DNA of 43,668 nucleotides, the filler included, from Jimgerdemannia flammicorona (lineage: Eukaryota), in assembly GCA_003990765.1 (NCBI GenBank). It is 2 parts of 2 records of this genome, joined end to end, with 100 filler letters (N's around TTAATTAATTAA, not from the genome) between each part and the next. Parts side by side here need not be neighbours in the genome. Positions count along the whole stretch, not along the records: positions 21,889 to 43,668 come from RBNJ01001395.1; 1 more part is not named here. One strand, given 5' to 3'. The position numbers were made by a program, and so were the translations under genes. A model generated the notes under the pieces. It was not told the DNA's origin. It did no database searches and saw nothing but the letters and a program-made list of their open reading frames with translations. Positions 36,790 through 43,668 of the stretch are shown one piece after another (within the stretch, counting starts at the first letter, position 1; every line of letters begins with the position of its first letter).

Positions 36790-37000
36790 TTTCAATCAGG
36801 ATGAATCAATCTGGATGGACCAATCCAGATGGACCAATCCAGATAGACCAATCCAGAACAATCCAAATGGATCAATCCAGATAGATCAATCTGGATTAAT
36901 CTGGATCAATCCAGATCAGATCATGAGACCAATCCAAGTTGATTCGAATCCATTATATGTATGACAAATCTGAATCAAATCTCATCTGGATCAACTCCAT
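36790..37000. repeat. hAT right subterminal repeats
   Basis: Repeated CAATCCAGAT / ATCTGGAT. Confidence 0.85.
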
Positions 37001-37280
37001 CCATTCAGAGCACTAGTGTAGTGCAAGGAGTTCGGTGAATAGAATTTCACTTATTTGCTGATTTAACTAGAGTATTTCTTTCTTTGAATGAAGTTTGTCC
37101 CACTTATTGCAGGGGTGGAGGTCAAATTGTCCTTGTATGTCAGGTTCAATTCTCTCCAGATTGTCAGATTATTCAGGCTAAATTCCAGTTCAGAGGTTGG
37201 GCTCTATACCAACTTGTAGGAATTTGCAGAGGGGTTTATAGTAGAGTGAGGAAGCATCTTGAAGCAGAATTGGATTGTAA

Positions 37281-37293
37281 ACTGCTACTACCA
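37281..37293 (-). promoter_or_regulatory. Primer-binding site of gypsy 2
   Basis: TGGTAGTAGCAGT lies 3 nt inside the 5' LTR; the TGG start is complementary to tRNA CCA. Confidence 0.7.
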
Positions 37294-37296
37294 AGT

Positions 37297-37844
37297 TGTA
37301 AGAGGGTTGCTTTTTTAAGTAACCATTACATAGTTCTGGAAGGGTTTTTTGAAAGTTTTGGATATTCTGGAAGACTGTTTTCTTATGGTCAAGATCAATT
37401 TTATATGGAGTATATCCTCTATGCTTATTGATTTCAAGATTGGGTTGACGTCTCAACCAAAGTCCTTTTTTGGACTAGTTCTGGATGTTCAGGATTTTCC
37501 ATATTTTAGGAAGTTTAAGAAACTAAGGCCAGCTTAGTTAAATTGGCATATCACTGCAGACAATACCCAATTAGGAAATTTTGTGATGGGGGTTAGGAGT
37601 GGGACCTAATAGGGAGTGGATTTACTTGAGAGTGATTTGTGGCTTATTAAATAGGTTTATTTGCTATTCATGATATTACTATACTAGGGGTAGTTGTGTG
37701 AAGGGATATTATTGGGAAGTACTCAGGAGTTGTGTTCAGATTGTTCAGATCTGAGATTCTGAGGTCTGGGGAAGGGGGTATTTATACTAGTAAGGGGCTA
37801 TCTGGACTATGCTAGATATGGATGTAGCACTAAGTGCTTTGCTG
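37297..37844 (-). repeat. 5' LTR of gypsy 2 (partial, cut by LINE copy 6)
   Basis: Colinear with 25940-26494 up to TAAGTGCTTTGCTG. Confidence 0.93.
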
Positions 37845-37919
37845 CACAGCCTACAATTCACATTACACATACTTTACAACACACTTTCAAATCGTTTATT
37901 GGAGAAAGATATTAAGGCA

Positions 37920-39968
37920 ATGTCAACCAGCAAGCAAGCCGATGTACATTCGAGGTCAGGTGGACCTGGGGCCTTCAACTGGCAGCATGTAGAGAGAGGG
38001 TATGGACTGGGAATGGGGTCTTTCGGTGGATCAAGTGGACTGAGCAGCTCAGGTGGTAGAGGCAGCACTGGTGGGGGGGCTGGAGAGCAGCAGGGAGGGA
38101 GCTTTACAGATGCACTTAAGGCTGGAGGTTGGCCAAGGGGTGCCGCAGTGGACAGGCAGGAGGAAAGGGGAAGCAGAAGGTTGGAGATGCTGGGGGAGCT
38201 GGGTCTTTGCTGGTGGGAGGTGGAGGGAGTAGAGTAGTGGCTGGGGGTAGTGGCAGGACTGCTGATGGTAGTGTGACAGTGGATCAGGAAAAAAAAAGAG
38301 ATGTGATGGCTGATGGCCAGGGGGGACAGGGGTTCCCAATACGGAAGAGGGACCTGGCTGATGGTGTAATGGGACTGATGGTGGCCCTGTTACTCAAGAA
38401 GTCAATCTCGGAGTTCGCGGCTACCTTGTGCTTCAGGGGCTTGGCAGTGACAGCGAGGATGGTCCTGGGGCTTATTTCGAGGCAGATGACTGGTGCAGCC
38501 TTAGTGAAGTTCTTGAAGGGCCTAGAGGGGGTTGAGGTGGGCTTTGAGGAGGCAGACCTACTGGACGAGGCTATGAAGTCAGGAGTGGTGATTGGGGAGA
38601 TAGTGGTCCCCATGATGAGGTGCTTAAGGTGGGACCCCAGAGTGGTGCAGCTTCTAGTGAGGGGGGTGCCCATAGTGACTAAGGAGGAGACTAGGAGGAG
38701 GGTGGAGGAGGTGATGGTAGAGTATGGTGATGTGGTGGACATTGGCTTTCAGCTGTGGGAGGGGACAACTTTCAGGATGGGTGACATCAATGTCAGGATT
38801 CGGTTGGCGGGGAAGGAGGCCACAGGGAAGACAAGTGACTGGCCCTCGGTACTGATGTAGGGGGCCATCATCTGTAGGGTATCAAGGGTAAAAGGGAGTG
38901 AAGAGGAGGAGGAGGACTTGTTGGAAGCACTGGAGGAGTTAGGTGGTGCTGTGGGGAGGAGGGCAAAGGCTTGGAAACTGTATGAGGAGTTGACACATCT
39001 GAAGGTTGTGGGCAGGAAGCATATCTGTATGGATAGGAAGCAGTGGGAGTAGGCCCAGGGACGTAAGAGGCAGAGGGAGCTGTTGGCAAGTATGATAGGT
39101 GGGGTGAAGAAGAAGTTGGGTGAAGCTGAGGAGTCTGGAGGCATTAAGGCTAGTGTCTGGACTGGCAAAGGAGGAGAGGAGGTGGAGGTGGAGGAGGCAG
39201 GGGCTGGGAAGGGGCTGGACAGGGACCCATTTGCTGATGGTACCTTCGAAGTATGGGAGCCAGTATTGGATGCCACCCCCCCCCCCACTTATCAGGAGGG
39301 GCCCACTTGGGAAGAGAGGGATGATGGAGGATACATAGATGCAGGGGGCCCAGCAGGTGTGCTTTGGAGTCCCTGATGCGACACAAGGGGGTCTGGTGGT
39401 GGCAGCTGATGAGGATGAGCTGGTGGATGTCCCTGAGAAGGAGTGGGATAAGGCTGCTAGTGTAGGAGCTGACACCATAATGTTGGATGCAGGACGACCG
39501 GGGACTCTGGGAGGGAAGGAGGTGGAGAACTTGTTGTGGATACACAAGGTGATGGATAATCTCATGGCAGAGGCTTTGGGGGAGGTGGACCTGCAGGCAA
39601 TGCCTGAGGAGCATTGAGCAAGGATTCTGCATGGTGATGGAATGGTGGAGGCACTGAAGGTGGAGATTCTGGCGATTTTGCTGGAAGAGGAGGGATATGA
39701 GGTTGACGAGGTGAGGAAGGCAGAGCTGGGGGTGGTCACTGGTGAGCAGGCGGACTACTGTTGGGCAGAGCATCATGGTCTGTAGCTCTGGCAGGAGGCC
39801 TGTCTGGAGTATCACAAGGACTTTGAGGAGCATGAAGATGGGGCAATAGTAGAACTTCTGGGTGAGTTGGAGGCACAGGAAGCTTGGGAGAGGGAACTAG
39901 CTGCTGAACATGACCTGGACTTGGTGCAGGAGGAGCAGGTTGCTGACTTATAGAGGATGGGACTCTGA
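37920..39968 (+). pseudogene. LINE ORF1 (~680 codons, RRM-like)
   Basis: VKFLKGLEGVEVGF, VQLLVRGVP, YGDVVDI, GDINVRIRL..WPSVL; several TAG/TGA stops. Confidence 0.87.
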
Positions 39969-39984
39969 TATATCATTATTCTTT

Positions 39985-42900
39985 ATGAACAGTACAACCA
40001 ACATTTTCTCCTTGAATGTGAATGGGCTAAGGGGCTCTGGGTGGCATAGGAACATTTTTACTTGGCTCAGGAATTGGAGGCTGATCTCTTTTTATTACAG
40101 GATGTTTGGTGTGAAGATGAGAATGATCAGATTGAGTGGACTAGGGAATGGGGAGGGGCTACTGCTTGGTTTGGAAAGGTAGCGATTCTGGTGAGGAAGG
40201 GCAGAGGAGACTTGGGGGGAATCAGGAGCTGGGGCGATCACTTAGTCTGGGGAGATTGGCATCAGCTAGGGTGGGAATTGGTGAAGGTGGGCTCTTGCTA
40301 CTGCCCTATAGCTAGGGGTGAGAGAACTACATGGATTAGGGGGCTGCTGGAGGAGGGTATTCTCTTGGAGGAAGGAGTCGATGTTCTTGGGGGGGACTTT
40401 AATATGGTTCAGGATCAGTGTCTGGACAGAACTGATGGAGGGAGGAGTGCTGGGGGTAGAAGTGGAGGTCTGAATATATGGGAAGAGGTGGAGATGTTGA
40501 GCTCCTTGGGGAATATGGGCCAAACAAGGTGGGGTGACACCAGGGTCTATACGCATTGGATGAATGGCTTAGGCACAAGGATTGACTGGATTCTGACAGT
40601 TGAGTGCTGGGGTTCAGATGTTTGGAAGGCATTGGAAGTGGAGTAGTGCCTATGGTCTGATTACTGGAGACTGTTGGGGCAGGGGCAGTTTGGGGGAAGT
40701 GGAGATGGACCTGGACATTGGCACCTTAACTCCTCCCTGCTGGCTGAGAAGGGGTTGTGGGAATTGTGGGTGGAGGACATTCAGGCAAAAGTTTATATCT
40801 GAAAGCATGAGGGGTTGCCTGTAGCTGTCTGCTGAATGAGGTTGAAAGAGGCTGCGAGGGTTTATTGGGGAGGGGTTGGTAGAGAGGCTGGGAGGCAGTG
40901 GAGGAGGTACACGAGGTGTACTTCCAGCAGGCTGAGGAGACTACAAATAGATTGGGCAGATTTGCTCACTATTGTAGGGGTGGAGGATTGGCGGATAGAA
41001 AGGGCGAAATTGGAGATAGTGGAACTATAACAGGTGTTGAGGGAAGAGGAGGAGACTCATATGCAGGGCATGACTGCTAGGCTACGGTGGCAGGGACTTG
41101 AGGAGGGTGAGCAGTCTACTAGGTACTTATCGAGACTTCTCAAAGCTAGGAGAGTGCATCATCAGTGGGATGGGGTCCTGGATGCTGATGGGGACATAGT
41201 ACATGGTACACAACAAATCTTGGGGGTCTTGAAGGAGAGATGGCAGGGCTTGTGGAGTGAGGGAGAAGGGGGTGTGGATGAGGCAGAGATTGCAAATATG
41301 TTAGATAAGTGGGGGCCATCACCGGTAGCTGGCCTGGGTGACTTGATCTTACTGGTGTAGAGAGAGGAGATCCAGAGAGTCCTGGCAGCAACTAAACTTG
41401 GGATGGCACCCAGGGAGGATGGATTGCCATGGGACTTCTGGAAAAAGATGGTAAATGTCCCCAGAGTTCTGGGTGAGATGGCTGCTCTCTGTGACCATGT
41501 CCTTCAGAGCAGTGAGTGGGTTGGAGAGTAGGATCTGGGGCTGGTGGCCTTATTGTACAAAGACTAGGGAAGGAGGGAAGACTGGAAGAACTAGAGGCTG
41601 ATCATACTTCTGGATATGGACAGGAAGATGGTGACTAAGGTGATTGTCGCTAGGCTGCAGAAAGTTGCCCAACAGGTGCTGGGGAAGGAGCAACAGGGCT
41701 TTGTTGGGGGCAGGCTAATAAGAGATGGGACTGTATGGGTTCATGGTGTCATTGAAGGGGCCTGGGCCTGTGGACTAGATGGAAGGTTGGTCTTTTTGGA
41801 CCAGGAGAAGGCCTACGACCATGTATGGTGGGTGTGACTGGGCAAGGTATTGGACTGAATTGGTGTTCCCCCAAGATTTAGGGCATCTATGTTGAGTCTG
41901 CTGGAAAGTAGTCAGGTAGCTCTAATGTGTAATGGTCACTGTGAGAGGGCATTTCCCTTGGGAAGAGGAGTTCCTCAGGGGGACACTCTGTCCCCTATTC
42001 TCTATGCCCTTTCACTGGAGCCATTGATGGATAGGATTCGCCAGAAGGTAGCAGGGCTCTTTATATATGGTATAGTGTGGAGGGTGGGGGCCTTTGCTAA
42101 TGATATAGTGGTTGGACTTGGGTCTGTAGTGGATGTAGAGGCACTTCAGGAGACTGTGGAATGGTATGAGGCTCACTTGGGGGTAAAGCTCAACTGGCAT
42201 AAGTGTGAGATGATGGTGCTAGGGAATGAGCTAGTGGGTGGGGATGTCATTGGAACAATTATCCCTACTGGTGAGGTGGTGCAGTATCTGGGCATCTTCC
42301 TCTCTATATATGGTTCTGTCTTGCCACAAGTGTGGTGGGAGAGCAGGGTGAATAGTTGGGGAGAGGCCCTTCAAGGTTGGGGAGGCCGCCATATCTCTCT
42401 AGCAGGGTGGGTGTCAATCCTGAATGTATATTGGTTCCCAAAGCTGTGGTATGTAGCATATCACCTCAACTTTCCAGTGTGGGTGGTGAAGAAGCTGATG
42501 AAGGTGGCTAGGAATTGGATTTGGGTGGGGAGGAGGTCCCAGGTCAGTTGGAATACTCTTGTGAGACCAGTAGTCAGGGGAGGTCTTGGCCTGGTAGATT
42601 TCTCTAAGAGGCTGCACTGCTTGTGAGCCTGGTGGTTGAAGAGAGCTGTGGAATTGCAGGGTGGAGGTTGGGTGCCTCTGCTGCAGAAGGTATGGGAGAT
42701 GTGAACATCCCCTTGAGGGTCCTCAGGAGATCTGCTCTCTTTGGTTGGGCTGAATGGAATTCAGAGGCTGTGGTTCAAGGGCTTTTGGTGGGGAGTGGCT
42801 GATGGAGCACACCGAATTGGCCTGCGCTGGCAAGGTAATGAGGGGGAGGTGGTGGGGGGGCCTAATATGTGGCATTGGGATAAACTGCTCCTGGAGGGTA

Positions 42901-43641
42901 CTCCATTGGCTGCATTCGATATTGGGGAGGGAGTAGAGTGTCAGCAGGGGCTTGGCCAGGATCTTTGGCCAGGTGGCTGGCAGGCAGTAGGAATCGGTGA
43001 GGAGTGGGACTGGGTGGGTATCTGGTCTTGGAGTGCAGAGGTACAGAGGTGGCTTCCTCCCAAGTTCTGGATGGTATGGTGGAGAATGTTGCGGAGAAAT
43101 ATCATGCTGAATTTCTACACCGGGCATTTGGTAGATGGTGGACAATTTGACTGTGAGGAGTGTTATGATGTTGGGTGAGCTGGGGGGCATGTACAGATGC
43201 CAGGACATTGGCTGGGAGAGTGTGAGGTTTTGGGGGAATTTTGGGCTGAAATAGAGGATAGACTGGGTATAGGGTGTCAGCTAGTGGGGGTGGGGGGTTG
43301 CTGGGAGGACTTAAGATCTAGGCTTGTGGGTGGGGTGGGTGATAGTTGGCTCACTGTAGGGTAGGTGTTAGCAGTATGGGTGGGACTAGCAGGACATTGG
43401 CTTTTTGTATTTGAGGAGGGGCAGCGGTTGGGGCTGCGAGAGAAGGTATTAAGGTGGGAGGAGCTGATGGGGGATCTGCTGACTGGATGGTGGGTGGGTT
43501 GGGGTCCTCAGGGGGGAAGACATTGCAGTTTGGTGGTAAGAATCTGTGGGCAGAGTGGTGGGAGAGTGGAGATAGTGTCCGACAGAGTGGTCTTTCATTG
43601 GTGATGAGGTGGGGTGGGGCCACCCAATGGGGATTGGATAG
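39985..43641 (+). pseudogene. LINE ORF2 (APE - RT - CCHC)
   Basis: MNSTTNIFSLNVNGLRG, LLQD, GGDFN, RIDWIL; LDQEKAYD, QGDTLSP, AFAND, YLG; CEEC..PGHWLGEC. Confidence 0.94.
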
Positions 43642-43668
43642 TGGGTGGTAATATTGTATACTTATTTA

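Larger units (their letters stand above)
30549..37015 (+). mobile_element. Complete hAT DNA transposon (6467 bp) with cargo gene
   Basis: Perfect 8-bp TSD GTGTAGTG (30541-30548, 37016-37023). TIRs TAGTGTTCCGAACG / CATTCAGAGCACTA. Subterminal repeats at both ends. Confidence 0.96.
25940..37844 (-). mobile_element. Ty3/gypsy (chromovirus-like) element 2, internally deleted, hosting the hAT and LINE copy 6
   Basis: Direct-repeat LTRs at 25940 and 37297, PBS, gag, dUTPase, protease and chromodomain remnant. RT, RH and IN core are absent. Confidence 0.9.
37852..43668 (+). mobile_element. LINE copy 6: near full-length, runs off the window
   Basis: ~70-nt 5' UTR, ORF1, 16-nt spacer, ORF2. Confidence 0.95.

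Overview
Eukaryotic, most likely fungal, repeat-saturated DNA (short GT-AG introns; the element set suggests an early-diverging lineage, by inference only). It shows heavy C->T/G->A decay and has almost no CpG. No intact host gene is visible. Contents: six L1/Tx1-like LINE copies or fragments, a solo LTR, two different Ty3/gypsy elements that each carry a dUTPase and an extra 3' ORF, a 100-bp scaffold gap, and a complete 6.47-kb hAT DNA transposon (TIRs plus a perfect 8-bp TSD) nested in the second gypsy. Main finding: besides its intron-rich transposase, the hAT carries a second, convergent, spliced gene missed by the ORF track. After reading through the decay, it looks like a TET/JBP-type 2OG-Fe(II) dioxygenase, a possible anti-methylation cargo. 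All translations were done by eye on pseudogenised sequence and need HMM confirmation.
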